The notes: generated by a model from the sequence alone, not told the origin. Numbered from the stretch's first letter, positions 20,397 through 30,332 are shown. The stretch: DNA of 64,000 nucleotides from Bacteroidota bacterium (GCA_002748065.1 PDRJ01000041.1:17448-81447); one strand, 5' to 3'. Numbers and translations are program-made.

Positions 20397-22727
20397 TTAA
20401 AAGTTATACGTGAATGATACAAAGAAACGTCTTCCCACACTGGCCGTCGTATTCATCGTCACAGTGGGAGCCGTATAGTTCAAGAGGTTTCTCACCCCAA
20501 GCCCCAACATATAATGTTTTCCATACCGCTGGTTTACCGTTAGATTAAAAATAGCATACGCAGGATAACGCGCTTCGTACACTTTGCCATACAAAGGACT
20601 CTCTTCGATCATGTTCGTTCCCTTAACAACTTTTGTACTCAAAAGTTTTCCCGAAAGGTTTGCAGTCAAGTGATACTTATTCTTCTCATACAAAAATTCC
20701 AACTGAGCGGTAAGCGCATGAGGGCTTATATCCGAAAGGGCTACCACATCACGGTCTTTTATGTGATGCGAATAGACATAGCCCGCCTTCAAGTTAAACA
20801 GCGTATGAAGACGCCATTTCAGCATCGCCTCAAGGTTCACCACCTTCACCTTACTAATGTTAATGTAGTTAACCATAGAGTCATTCACCCAAATCCCCTC
20901 AATCTTATGATCAATCTGATTATACGAACCGATTAAGGTGGCATTCAGTTGGTGATCCAGGTTCAGGTAATCCAATGACACGCTGCAATAGTTGTTTGTC
21001 TCCGGCTTCAAGTCTGTACTTCCCACTATCTGGAACATGCCCAAATGGCTCCAGTTCATATAGAGCTCCTTAAGGGTAGGCGAACGATAGCCCCTGGCGT
21101 AATTCAAGCGCAGATTAAACGGTTTTAAACGATACCTCAGCGTGATGGAGGGAGAAGCATGAAAGGCAAAGGTGGAGTGATAACCTCCTCGCACACCAAT
21201 GACGGCGGAGATATCGTCAGAAATCGTATACTCATCTTGTGCCACAAAAACCAAGTCGTTGGTCGACTTTGATTGAATCTCACTGGCATCCCAAACAAAC
21301 ATATCCGCCGAAAGGATCTCATATAAATTCTCTATTCCCACAAACAGGTTATGTTTTGCCCCCAAGCGAGTGGTATAATTCAACTTTGCATTATGAAAGG
21401 TATTACGGTAATAGCGTACGGCGGTATCGTTTTTCCGTTCTTTCACATCATACTTATCAAAGATATCCGTGTTATAAGAGAGTTGAATATTGTCATTGGC
21501 CGACATGCGGTACTTCGCAAAACCACCAATAGAGTAGTTTTTAAACATATCATGCTGCCAGTTGTAAACCCGGGTCAAAAACTCTTCATGGCGATAGTGA
21601 TTACCTCGTAATTCAAAGGCCCATCTCTTCCCATCATCATAACCAATTTTCTGTGTAATGGTATAATCCTGAGAGCCATTAATTGCCGTTTCATGCAACT
21701 CTTCCACTAAGGTCGTATCCAATTCAGGGTAGTAAAACCTCATTCCCTCACGATCAGATAGGACATATCCATCGGTACTCTTGGCATTCAGGAAGGTATT
21801 ACTATAGAAGTTTCTATTACGAAACCCCAGGGAGAGGTTCCCATTCAGGTTAGGTTTATCCATATTCCGATAAAACTTATCCTCATAGTCCTCGTAGTAG
21901 GTATCATCAGGAAAATAGTTCTTCTGGTTTCTTTGTCGATATTTTACATTAGCAGAAATATCAAACTTATGGCGGGGCTTTCGCGTAATAATATTGATTA
22001 CACCGCCCATGGCATTGGAACCGTAAAGAGCCGAGCTTGCCCCACGCACAATCTCCACCCGTTCGATGTTTGCCGCATTAATACGCGAATAGTCAATATT
22101 CCCTCCTGTCTCGCCGGCCAGTCGTTCCCCATCCACCAGAATTAAGGTATATTGAGGCTCCAGCCCCTGCACACTCATGGTCTGCCCAAAGCCATGCCGA
22201 GCCAACTCAATCCCCGGAACTTCCGTTTCAAGAATATCTGTAATGGTAGCTGCATCGGCTCGTGCAATCTCTTTTTGTGCAATCATCTGCGTAAGCACCG
22301 GAGCTTCCTTCAAAATGTGAGGAGTTCTTGTGCCGGTAACTGTAACCTGTTCCAAATTCAATACATCCTCCTCCATGAAAAACGTATGCCCCTGCTCCAC
22401 ACGCAAGGTATCATTCACCACCTTGAAACCGATGGAACTAATGTGAATAATCAGGTCACTTCCCGGAGTTACCCCCATCTGAAACTTCCCTTTCTCATCA
22501 GAAATACCATTCCCGCTGGAGCTATTATCCAACGTTTGCCAACAGATGTTGGCATAGGGTACAGAAGCCCCACTCTCCTTCTGAAGAAGGGATATGACTG
22601 TTGACTGTCCATAAATCCAAAAGGAAGAAAAAAGCAACACCCCCACAAGAAAGAGCCTATGAGTGTTACTTACTATGCTATTTATACCTCTGTTCATCTT
22701 TTTTATCATCTTTTTTCTTTTTCTCAC
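20397..22727 (-). CDS. hmuR: TonB-dependent heme receptor HmuR-like
   Basis: VTVTGTRT, IERVEIVRGASSALYGSNAMGGVINII, YRSPTLKELYMNWSHLGMF and DLKPE motifs; adjacent to hmuY. The true start may be ATG 22709 or 22697. Confidence 0.85.
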   Translation of the reverse strand: MRKRKKMIKKMNRGINSIVSNTHRLFLVGVLLFSSFWIYGQSTVISLLQKESGASVPYANICWQTLDNSSSGNGISDEKGKFQMGVTPGSDLIIHISSIGFKVVNDTLRVEQGHTFFMEEDVLNLEQVTVTGTRTPHILKEAPVLTQMIAQKEIARADAATITDILETEVPGIELARHGFGQTMSVQGLEPQYTLILVDGERLAGETGGNIDYSRINAANIERVEIVRGASSALYGSNAMGGVINIITRKPRHKFDISANVKYRQRNQKNYFPDDTYYEDYEDKFYRNMDKPNLNGNLSLGFRNRNFYSNTFLNAKSTDGYVLSDREGMRFYYPELDTTLVEELHETAINGSQDYTITQKIGYDDGKRWAFELRGNHYRHEEFLTRVYNWQHDMFKNYSIGGFAKYRMSANDNIQLSYNTDIFDKYDVKERKNDTAVRYYRNTFHNAKLNYTTRLGAKHNLFVGIENLYEILSADMFVWDASEIQSKSTNDLVFVAQDEYTISDDISAVIGVRGGYHSTFAFHASPSITLRYRLKPFNLRLNYARGYRSPTLKELYMNWSHLGMFQIVGSTDLKPETNNYCSVSLDYLNLDHQLNATLIGSYNQIDHKIEGIWVNDSMVNYINISKVKVVNLEAMLKWRLHTLFNLKAGYVYSHHIKDRDVVALSDISPHALTAQLEFLYEKNKYHLTANLSGKLLSTKVVKGTNMIEESPLYGKVYEARYPAYAIFNLTVNQRYGKHYMLGLGVRNLLNYTAPTVTMNTTASVGRRFFVSFTYNF

Positions 22728-22781
22728 TATACCCTGGAAGCTACAAAGAGAAACACCTCTACGGTTTTATACCAACGGGGA

Positions 22782-23117
22782 TTAATTCAAGGTAAGTTTA
22801 TCAATCAGTACATGTGTCGGCACCTCACTACTCCCAGCTTTAAATGAAAGGAGCTCCTTCAACTCTAGAAACTCGGCAGGAGTCACCGCAAAATAAACCC
22901 CCTCTTCTCCTAGATGCAGCAGCAGTTTCCGGCGATTCACCGCATCACGGTTTCTATGAATATAAAATTCATAATCAATAGAATGGACATACTCAGAGAA
23001 GCGACGCATCTCCTCCTCCGACATATTCAGAAAAAGATTACCAAACTCCAGGCTGACCCTCTTTTTACAGGGACAAGAAAAGATCTGGCCATTTTGCGTC
23101 CTACTCAATATCTTCAT
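22782..23117 (-). CDS. Small conserved protein (DUF6686-like)
   Basis: NGQIFSCPCKKRVSLEFGNLFL pattern; first gene of the hmu transcription unit. Confidence 0.6.
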   Translation of the reverse strand: MKILSRTQNGQIFSCPCKKRVSLEFGNLFLNMSEEEMRRFSEYVHSIDYEFYIHRNRDAVNRRKLLLHLGEEGVYFAVTPAEFLELKELLSFKAGSSEVPTHVLIDKLTLN

Positions 23118-23198
23118 TCTTTTTTTTCAACGATCAACTCTGCTCACCACAAAGCCGAATTTGCGGTGCAAAGGAAAGGAGAGGGATACAGATCCACA

Positions 23199-23248
23199 AT
23201 ACCCATTTGTGGTGATTTTGGGAAACCCATATCACAACAAGGAGTGAG
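23199..23248. promoter_or_regulatory. Paired 18-bp operator boxes upstream of the hmu operon
   Basis: ATACCCATTTGTGGTGAT (23199) and ATCACAACAAGGAGTGAG (23231); 26 nt from a minus-strand TTTG -7 element at 23169-23172. Confidence 0.65.
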
Positions 23249-23282
23249 AAGAATAATTTATCCCCACTCCTTGTCGCTACAC

Positions 23283-23993
23283 TTACTCTCCCTTCATCTT
23301 ATAAAAGGTCTGTACATCAGCATTCTTCTCCCCAAACTTTTCCCTAAGTTTTTCAATAATTTCCCCACGGTCTACCCCTTTCTCCTCCATCTTTTTCACG
23401 AGAAGATAGGCGCCAAAGAGCGCTGAAGAGCCTATCTCTGAAGCAAAATAACCCACTCCTTGATTCCACGCAAACAGGGCAAAAATTTCATCGAAAGCCT
23501 CTATGGGAACACCTATAGAATAGGCCTTCACAAACTCACGTACCGCCTGACGCATTCTCCCGGCACCTACTCCATTGGCAAGCGATAGGAGTAAACGGGT
23601 CTTCATATCCAACACATTATCTTCACGGCCCCAGATATACGTCCAAAAGTTAACCACGTTGGAGGCCAAACGGGGATCAATGGTGTTGAAATTCACAATA
23701 GCGGTAGGCTTAAAAGGCAATGCCCCTTCATCAGCTTCAGCGGCCTCCGGCACACTACTTTTATAGAAGTAAACCCTATATTCCACCTCAGAGACCACCT
23801 CCAGAGAGTGCTCAAAGCCCAACTCCGCCATGGCTCCGTACAGTGGAACCGGTTCAAAACTTTGTACAATACAGATTCCCGTATGAAGCGGCATCTTTTT
23901 TGCCTTCTGTAAGATAGACGGGAGAAAGTTACCCTTTAACGATCGCACATCCCGTACTTCAAAATCTTCTTTGCTTATGTTCCAGTTTTTCAT
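23283..23993 (-). CDS. DUF2249 domain fused to an AhpD/carboxymuconolactone-decarboxylase-like domain
   Basis: DVRSL...SFEPVPLYGAMAELGFEH...YRVYFYK N-domain; LDMKTRLLLSLANGVGA helical C-domain. Confidence 0.6.
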   Translation of the reverse strand: MKNWNISKEDFEVRDVRSLKGNFLPSILQKAKKMPLHTGICIVQSFEPVPLYGAMAELGFEHSLEVVSEVEYRVYFYKSSVPEAAEADEGALPFKPTAIVNFNTIDPRLASNVVNFWTYIWGREDNVLDMKTRLLLSLANGVGAGRMRQAVREFVKAYSIGVPIEAFDEIFALFAWNQGVGYFASEIGSSALFGAYLLVKKMEEKGVDRGEIIEKLREKFGEKNADVQTFYKMKGE

Positions 23994-24062
23994 AATAGAT
24001 CATGCTTTTAATAAAACGATTCATTTGGTTTTGCAATCATACACAACATGGTTGACACCAAG

Positions 24063-24078
24063 TGTAACCAATGTTACA
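24063..24078. promoter_or_regulatory. GTAAC-N4-GTTAC palindrome (HcpR-type Crp/Fnr site)
   Basis: TGTAAC-CAAT-GTTACA perfect inverted repeat 70 nt upstream of the DUF2249 gene. Confidence 0.6.
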
Positions 24079-24168
24079 AGCGCAAAAAACGCGAACCATC
24101 AGGAAACAGAGAAAACCCATATAACAAACTAATTAACAGCAAATTAACAGAGATTACAAGATAAAAAA

Positions 24169-24218
24169 ATCACCACAAATAGGGATAACCAGCCAAAAAT
24201 ATCCTCATTTCTAACGAT
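24169..24218. promoter_or_regulatory. Paired 18-bp operator boxes upstream of flavodoxin
   Basis: ATCACCACAAATAGGGAT (24169) and ATCCTCATTTCTAACGAT (24201); 26 nt before TTTG at 24245. Confidence 0.65.
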
Positions 24219-24275
24219 TGTTCCCCTTCGCCTGACACAGGATATTTGCCATCAGAATAAAAACTAATCAGAGAT

Positions 24276-24785
24276 ATGAAAAAAGTTGGAATTTTTTACG
24301 GATCTACCACCGGTAACACACAAGGTGTAGCGGAGCAAATCCAAGCCATATTTGGAGAAGACAATGCTGATATCATGGAGGTTTCAGGCGCGAAAAGTGC
24401 AGACCTTGAAGGGTACGAAAACCTTATATTAGGGTGTAGTACCTGGGGTATTGGAGATATGCAAGATGACTTTGATGACTTCTTGCCGGAGCTTCAAGGG
24501 GCAAACCTCGAGGGCAAAAAGGTAGCGCTCTTCGGTTGTGGTGATCAGGAATCTTACGCAGACTCTTTCGTTGATGCCATGGGGGAGATCTACGCTACAG
24601 TGAAGGATAAGGGATGTCAACTGGTAGGTAGTGTACCCACAGAAGGATATGAGTATGATGAGTCTCGTGCAGTAGTAGATGGTAACTTTGTAGGTCTTCC
24701 CATTGACGAAGATAATCAGAGTGATCTCTCTAGTTCAAGAATTAACCAATGGGTTGGTGATCTGAAAAACAATTTTGGTTTATAA
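24276..24785 (+). CDS. fldA: Long-chain flavodoxin
   Basis: FYGSTTGNT, GCSTWGIG, FGCGDQESYADSFVDA and FVGLPIDEDNQ motifs. Confidence 0.95.
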   Translation: MKKVGIFYGSTTGNTQGVAEQIQAIFGEDNADIMEVSGAKSADLEGYENLILGCSTWGIGDMQDDFDDFLPELQGANLEGKKVALFGCGDQESYADSFVDAMGEIYATVKDKGCQLVGSVPTEGYEYDESRAVVDGNFVGLPIDEDNQSDLSSSRINQWVGDLKNNFGL

Positions 24786-24990
24786 ATCCCCTCCCATTAT
24801 TTAATAAAGAAAAACCTTGCTTTACTACATCTCCTTATTTTTGAATCGTTCATTACATTACAGCAAGGTGGTTTTTACCCATTATTGAATCAAAATAGCG
24901 GCAGGAGCATCCAACCTTATTTGTTTCTGCCGCTTATTTTCAATGGGTTTATAGAGAAATATACGTATCGTGATCCAAGAAGTATTGAAG

Positions 24991-25368
24991 ATGAAGGGAG
25001 ACAAAAAATTGCGTCCTGAGATCAACTGCAGTGACTACAAAAGTGCAGAAATGCAGGTGTTGCTTCACCACATTTATGAGTACAAAAAGGGATTACGAAG
25101 TTTGGTCTTGCATACCATGAGTAAAGAGGAGCAATACAAAATGGAGGAGTTGCTCACACGCAAAAAGATCCCTTATGTGCTTCAAGTGGTCAATGACAAA
25201 AAGGTTAACGTCTTCTTTGGAAAACAGGAATGCATCAAAATTGTAGAGGGATTTGGAGATAAGTCGTTGAGTGATTTTTCCGATGAAGAAGATTTTATGC
25301 TCGGAATTATGCTAGGTTATGACCGAACACAACAGTGTGAAAGATATCTAAAGAGAAAGTTTACGTAA
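24991..25368 (+). CDS. DUF2023 family protein
   Basis: HHIYEYKKGLR and EEDFMLGIMLGYD...QCERYL motifs; usual neighbour of flavodoxin in anaerobes. Confidence 0.85.
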   Translation: MKGDKKLRPEINCSDYKSAEMQVLLHHIYEYKKGLRSLVLHTMSKEEQYKMEELLTRKKIPYVLQVVNDKKVNVFFGKQECIKIVEGFGDKSLSDFSDEEDFMLGIMLGYDRTQQCERYLKRKFT

Positions 25369-25405
25369 AAGCCATAGTACGGTTTCTCTTAAGTGTTTAG
25401 CGATG

Positions 25406-25437
25406 AAAGCAGGCAATGAACGTTGCCTGTTTTTTTT
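25406..25437 (+). terminator. Rho-independent terminator after DUF2023
   Basis: GCAGGCAAT...GTTGCCTGT hairpin followed by a T-run. Confidence 0.75.
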
Positions 25438-25441
25438 ATAT

Positions 25442-25474
25442 AAAAAAAAGGGAATGCTCCTAAGCTGCATTCCC
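25442..25474 (-). terminator. Terminator of the tRNA operon
   Basis: GGGAATGC...GCATTCCC hairpin followed by T8 on the minus strand. Confidence 0.75.
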
Positions 25475-25482
25475 ATGTGATG

Positions 25483-25555
25483 AGCGGAAGACGGGACTCG
25501 GACCCGCGACCCCAACCTTGGCAAGGTTGTGCTCTACCAACTGAGCTACTTCCGC
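25483..25555 (-). tRNA. tRNA-Gly(GCC)
   Basis: Cloverleaf GCGGAAG...CTTCCGC-T; anticodon loop TTGCCAA. Confidence 0.95.
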
Positions 25556-25560
25556 AAGCG

Positions 25561-25645
25561 TACCCGGAGTGGGACTTGAACCCACACGGCCGCAATGGCC
25601 AAAGGATTTTAAGTCCTTCGTGTCTACCAATTCCACCATCCGGGC
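25561..25645 (-). tRNA. tRNA-Leu(TAA)
   Basis: GCCCGGA acceptor stem, CTTAAAA anticodon loop, long variable arm, GTTCAAGTC T-arm. Confidence 0.95.
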
Positions 25646-25687
25646 AGACCTTTTAAAAAAAAGCCTCCTATAAACGGAGGCCCTCTG

Positions 25688-25760
25688 AGCGGAAGACGGG
25701 ACTCGGACCCGCGACCCCAACCTTGGCAAGGTTGTGCTCTACCAACTGAGCTACTTCCGC
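25688..25760 (-). tRNA. tRNA-Gly(GCC)
   Basis: Identical to 25483-25555; upstream minus-strand TATATTTGCA -7 element. Confidence 0.95.
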
Positions 25761-25850
25761 GTTTCGTTTGGGAATGCAAATATAGGGTGATTTTTCCATT
25801 CCACACAATATCCGCCAAAAAAAATTATTTTTTCTCCCCCCAAGCGCCCC

Positions 25851-26963
25851 TCAATGGCTATTCTTTTTTAAAAGAGCGCGCAAACGGGCGAAGAATTGGT
25901 TAGAGAATGAGCGATGTTCCCCATATACATTGGGCGGAATTTCACAAATACGATCCATCTCCTTCTCCGAAAGGTGCAACGCATCCAGCACCTCTTTGAA
26001 GTCACTATGCTGCTGTTTTTTCTCATCTTCAGCGACCACCCTAAGGGCCTCCTCACGGGTCATCTCTTCATTTCTAATCATATTGCATAGCTGCGGCACA
26101 CGACGGGAATTGCCAAATCGCTCCTCCCGGACAAAATTGGTAAAGGGTTCGGCGATACAATCGAAATGCCGGGTATAATCCGAGTGGGTAGGCTCCACCC
26201 AATTCATCTCCTTTTTCAAGAGTACACTAATCTCCTTATCCGAAAGAGGTTTCTGGTAATAGAGCATATTCACTTTCTTGCCAAAACGGCCTGTCTTAGT
26301 AAAGAGGAAACTGCTGATATAGTTTAAGCGGGGGTATAGCAGAAAGCGCCTAATCTCACGCTTTCCAATTTTTCTGTTCTTACGAAGGATCACCTTTAAC
26401 CTTTTTTGGTCATAGATCTCTTCCGAGGAGAAGGAGTTCTCCTCGTTAGCGGTGTGTCCCAACAGGATCAGTGGCGTTTTATAGGCTTCAGAAACCTTGA
26501 GCATACTCCGCTCTATGCCCACGCCACACACGCCGCAGATCTCACCCGACTCCACCAATGCGGTTCGGTACAATTCATACAACATCTTCTGACTTTGATG
26601 AACCCAGATATGGTCAACCCCACACGCTTTTACCGCACTGGCAATATTCTCACGGGCAAAGTCGCTCAAAAAACCGTTGTCATAGGTATAGGTCAATACG
26701 TTGAGGTCATATTTTTGCACCGCCAGGTAGAGCACATAGGTACTATCTTTCCCTCCACTCAGGGGAACAAGGGCATCGTAAGTTCTTCCCTTGCGCCTGG
26801 CCTTTTTCAAAATGTGAATCAATTCCGACTCATCATAAGGCTCAAAAGGTTGATGATCATTACAGAAGTTACAATGGCCATTCTCCTCAATAACGACCCC
26901 CTCAATCTGATCACTCATGATACACTTCTTACAAAGGTGCTCCGTCTTCTCCATATTATCCAA
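25851..26963 (-). CDS. PP-loop ATPase, N-acetyl-sugar amidotransferase (WbpG-like) family
   Basis: CKKC and CNFC pairs, YDALVPLSGGKDS PP-loop, CGVC, HFDC and IRNEEMTREEAL motifs. Confidence 0.75.
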   Translation of the reverse strand: MDNMEKTEHLCKKCIMSDQIEGVVIEENGHCNFCNDHQPFEPYDESELIHILKKARRKGRTYDALVPLSGGKDSTYVLYLAVQKYDLNVLTYTYDNGFLSDFARENIASAVKACGVDHIWVHQSQKMLYELYRTALVESGEICGVCGVGIERSMLKVSEAYKTPLILLGHTANEENSFSSEEIYDQKRLKVILRKNRKIGKREIRRFLLYPRLNYISSFLFTKTGRFGKKVNMLYYQKPLSDKEISVLLKKEMNWVEPTHSDYTRHFDCIAEPFTNFVREERFGNSRRVPQLCNMIRNEEMTREEALRVVAEDEKKQQHSDFKEVLDALHLSEKEMDRICEIPPNVYGEHRSFSNQFFARLRALLKKNSH

Positions 26964-26997
26964 TTTGGTGGGCGCTCACTCGGAAAGGATCACGAAC

Positions 26998-29610
26998 CTA
27001 TCCACCCAACAGTTTTTTAATTTCATTCAATTTCATCAGGGCCTCAACGGGGGTCAACGAGTTGATATCCGTATGCAGGATCTCATCACGAATCTGGTAA
27101 AGCAACGGATCATCAAGTTGAATAAAAGAGAGTTGCATGGCTTCGCTATCGCTGCTGCTCTTTTGCCCTATCCCCTCTCTTTGGTGGCTATCTTCCAACT
27201 GTTTAAGCAGTGCCTCTGCCCGGCGTGTAACCATGGCAGGCATCCCGGCAATTTGTGCCACATGGATTCCAAAGCTATGCGCCGTGCCCCCCTTGGCCAG
27301 CTTCCGGAGAAAGATCACCTTATCGTTGATCTCCTTCACCGAAACATGGTAATTCTTAATCCGTTTCATGGTGGTAGCCATCTCATTTAATTCGTGATAA
27401 TGGGTGGCAAAAAGCACCTTGGGGCGATACAGCTGATGATTGTGTAAAAACTCAGCAATGGACCAGGCGATGGAGATACCGTCATAGGTAGAGGTTCCCC
27501 GGCCAATCTCATCCAACAGGATAAGACTTCTGTTGGAGATGTTGTTCAGGATGGAGGCTGTTTCATTCATCTCAACCATAAAGGTAGACTCCCCCGAAGA
27601 GATGTTATCCGAGGCTCCCACACGCGTAAACACCTTGTCCACCAAGCCAATGGAAGCGTGTTTTGCCGGAACAAAAGAGCCCATCTGAGCCATCAGGACA
27701 ATAAGGGCCACCTGCCGCAGCAGCGCAGACTTACCCGACATATTAGGCCCGGTAATGATCATTATTTGCTGTCGTTGGTTGTCCAGGTAGACATCGTTTG
27801 CCACGTACTTATCCCCCGGAGGCAACTGCTTCTCAATCACCGGGTGGCGTCCATTCTTGATATCAATTTCAAAACCATCGGTCAACACAGGGCGCGTATA
27901 GCCATTCTCTTTGGCCAACAGGGCAAAAGAGTGCAGGCAATCGAGCTGAGCCAACAACTGCGCATTCAATTGTATGGGCTGGATATAGCCGGCCACCACA
28001 CTAATCAGCTCCTCATACATCCGGGTCTCCAGCGCTAAGATCTTCTCCTCCGCATTAAGGATCTTCTCTTCCAACACTTTAAGCTCCTGGGTGATGTAGC
28101 GTTCAGAGCTCACCAAGGTCTGTTTCCGCACCCACTCTTCGGGCACCTTCTCTTTGTGGGTATTCCGCACTTCAAGGTAATACCCAAACACATTGTTATA
28201 CCCTATCTTCAAGCTGGGGATTCCTGTGGCCTCCGACTCTCGCTGCTGAATTTGGGTCAAGTAATCCTTACCACTATAGGCCAGTTTGCGCAATTCATCC
28301 AACTCCGCCGAGACCTGATCACGGAAGACACTCCCCTTCTGGACATGGGAGGGAGGGTCATCCACCAATGCATCCTGAAGGCGTTGGCGCACCACCTCAC
28401 AGGAGTTCAGCTGGTCTGCAATGCGTGCCAGAGCCTCATTTCCCGTGGAGAGACAAGCCTCTTTCACCGGGTCTATGGCCAAAAGGGCATTTTTCACCTG
28501 CAACAATTCCCGGGGGTTAATCCGCCCCGTGGCTACCTTGGAGATCAATCGCTCCAGGTCGCCCACCTGACGTAGCCGGGAGGCAATCTCTGAGGATAAC
28601 GGCTCGTCGTCTAAAAAGGTATCCACCACATCATGTCGTTCCGTCACAGCCTGTATCTCCTTGAGCGGAAGCACAATCCATCGGCGGATCAACCGGCTTC
28701 CCATGGGAGAAATGGTCCTATCCATAACGGAGAGCAACGTGGTCGCATTCTCTTGCGGCGAATGCAATAGCTCCAGGTTTCGGATGGTAAAACGATCCAA
28801 CCACACATAACGATCCTCCTCGATACGAGAGAGGTTGGAGATATGTTGCACCTTGTCGTGACGTGTTTCAAAAAGATAGTGCAATGCTCCTCCCGCAGCG
28901 ATCACCCCCTGTTCCATCTCCTCCACGCCAAACCCCTTAAGCGATTGGGTCTGAAAATGACGGGTGAGGTTTTCATAGGCAAAATCGTACGAGAAGACCC
29001 AGTCATCGAAAGTGGAGAGGTAGTAGTGGTTGCCAAAAACCGACAGGAAGGCCTCCCTTTTATTTCGCTGAAGGATCACCTCACTGGGCTTGAAACTCTG
29101 CACCAGCTTCTCCACATAGCTTAAGGCCCCTTGAGCACAGAGGAACTCCCCGGTGGATATATCCAGGAAAGCAACACCACATACGGTGTCCGTCAGGTGA
29201 AGAGAAGCCAGGAAGTTATTCTCTTTTTGATCCAAAATCTTGTCGTTGTACGAAACCCCGGGCGTCACCAGTTCCGTAACCCCACGCTTCACAATGCTCT
29301 TGGTCAGTTTAGGATCTTCCAACTGGTCACAGATAGCCACCTTTTGGCCGGCCTTCACCAATTTAGGAAGGTAGGTATCCAAGGCGTGATGGGGAAACCC
29401 GGCCAAGGCCATGTCTGCCGCCGCACCATTGGAGCGTTTCGTCAAGACAATCCCCAAAATCTCCGATGCCTTCACGGCATCATCGCCAAATGTCTCGTAA
29501 AAATCCCCCACCCGAAACAACAACATCGCATCAGGGTATTTACCCTTTATATGGTTATATTGCTTCATCAAAGGGGTATCCGACTTTCCTTTTCCCTTCT
29601 TCTTCGCCAT
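26998..29610 (-). CDS. mutS: DNA mismatch repair protein MutS
   Basis: [25 protein letters not shown] and DEIGRGTST motifs. Confidence 0.97.
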   Translation of the reverse strand: MAKKKGKGKSDTPLMKQYNHIKGKYPDAMLLFRVGDFYETFGDDAVKASEILGIVLTKRSNGAAADMALAGFPHHALDTYLPKLVKAGQKVAICDQLEDPKLTKSIVKRGVTELVTPGVSYNDKILDQKENNFLASLHLTDTVCGVAFLDISTGEFLCAQGALSYVEKLVQSFKPSEVILQRNKREAFLSVFGNHYYLSTFDDWVFSYDFAYENLTRHFQTQSLKGFGVEEMEQGVIAAGGALHYLFETRHDKVQHISNLSRIEEDRYVWLDRFTIRNLELLHSPQENATTLLSVMDRTISPMGSRLIRRWIVLPLKEIQAVTERHDVVDTFLDDEPLSSEIASRLRQVGDLERLISKVATGRINPRELLQVKNALLAIDPVKEACLSTGNEALARIADQLNSCEVVRQRLQDALVDDPPSHVQKGSVFRDQVSAELDELRKLAYSGKDYLTQIQQRESEATGIPSLKIGYNNVFGYYLEVRNTHKEKVPEEWVRKQTLVSSERYITQELKVLEEKILNAEEKILALETRMYEELISVVAGYIQPIQLNAQLLAQLDCLHSFALLAKENGYTRPVLTDGFEIDIKNGRHPVIEKQLPPGDKYVANDVYLDNQRQQIMIITGPNMSGKSALLRQVALIVLMAQMGSFVPAKHASIGLVDKVFTRVGASDNISSGESTFMVEMNETASILNNISNRSLILLDEIGRGTSTYDGISIAWSIAEFLHNHQLYRPKVLFATHYHELNEMATTMKRIKNYHVSVKEINDKVIFLRKLAKGGTAHSFGIHVAQIAGMPAMVTRRAEALLKQLEDSHQREGIGQKSSSDSEAMQLSFIQLDDPLLYQIRDEILHTDINSLTPVEALMKLNEIKKLLGG

Positions 29611-29697
29611 ATTCTTACTGTAAACGGACAAAGGTACTTATTCCCCCAAAAGATAAAAAGAAAATCTCCCTACCTTTGTGGGAAAAAGAGATCTTTC

Positions 29698-30234
29698 ATG
29701 CGAAAACTGAAAAACGAAGAGCTGGGGCGACCGGATCTGGAAGCCTACAAAAAGCAACCCAAATATCCTTTAGTTGTAATCTTAGATAACATTCGAAGTC
29801 AAAATAATACCGGCTCCGTATTCCGCACCTCCGATGCTTTTCTCGTGGAAAAGATCATATTGTGCGGCTTCACAGCAACACCCCCACACCGAGAGATTCA
29901 CAAAACGGCACTGGGAGCCACCGACGCCGTAGCATGGGAATACCAGGAAGAGACCATCGTCGCCGTCAAAAAACTTCAAGCAAAAGGGTATAAGGTCTTT
30001 GCCATCGAACAGACGGAAGAGAGCATCGACCTCGCATCTTTTTCCATTGCCCAAGGGGATCATATTGCTATTGTCCTGGGCAATGAGATCAAAGGAGTCT
30101 CCCAGGAGGTAGTGGATGCCTGCGACGGAAGCATCGAACTGGCCCAATATGGCACAAAACACTCCCTCAACATCTCCGTCTGTGCCGGGATTGTCATCTA
30201 TCAACTCTTCCATAAGATGAAATCCACCCCATAA
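29698..30234 (+). CDS. TrmH/SpoU family RNA methyltransferase
   Basis: LDNIRSQNNTGSVFRTSDAF, GNEIKGV and KHSLNISV motifs; start at MRKLKNEEL. Confidence 0.9.
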   Translation: MRKLKNEELGRPDLEAYKKQPKYPLVVILDNIRSQNNTGSVFRTSDAFLVEKIILCGFTATPPHREIHKTALGATDAVAWEYQEETIVAVKKLQAKGYKVFAIEQTEESIDLASFSIAQGDHIAIVLGNEIKGVSQEVVDACDGSIELAQYGTKHSLNISVCAGIVIYQLFHKMKSTP

Positions 30235-30332
30235 TTCCCCGCCTACGCCAACAAGAGAAAGCCCCCACAGGGTGGTAAGCACGCCAAAAGGGAAGAAACA
30301 GGGTAAACCAACGATAACTTCTCCCTTGAATG

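Noticed and set aside
25780-25795. TATAGGGTGATTTT as another operator box
   Set aside because: Only a half-site, with no partner 32 bp away, and it overlaps the tRNA promoter.
25389-25818. Small minus-strand ORFs
   Set aside because: They overlap the tRNA genes.
29131-29697. N-terminal extension of the TrmH ORF
   Set aside because: It overlaps mutS on the opposite strand; the real start is ATG 29698, after a TACCTTTG promoter element.
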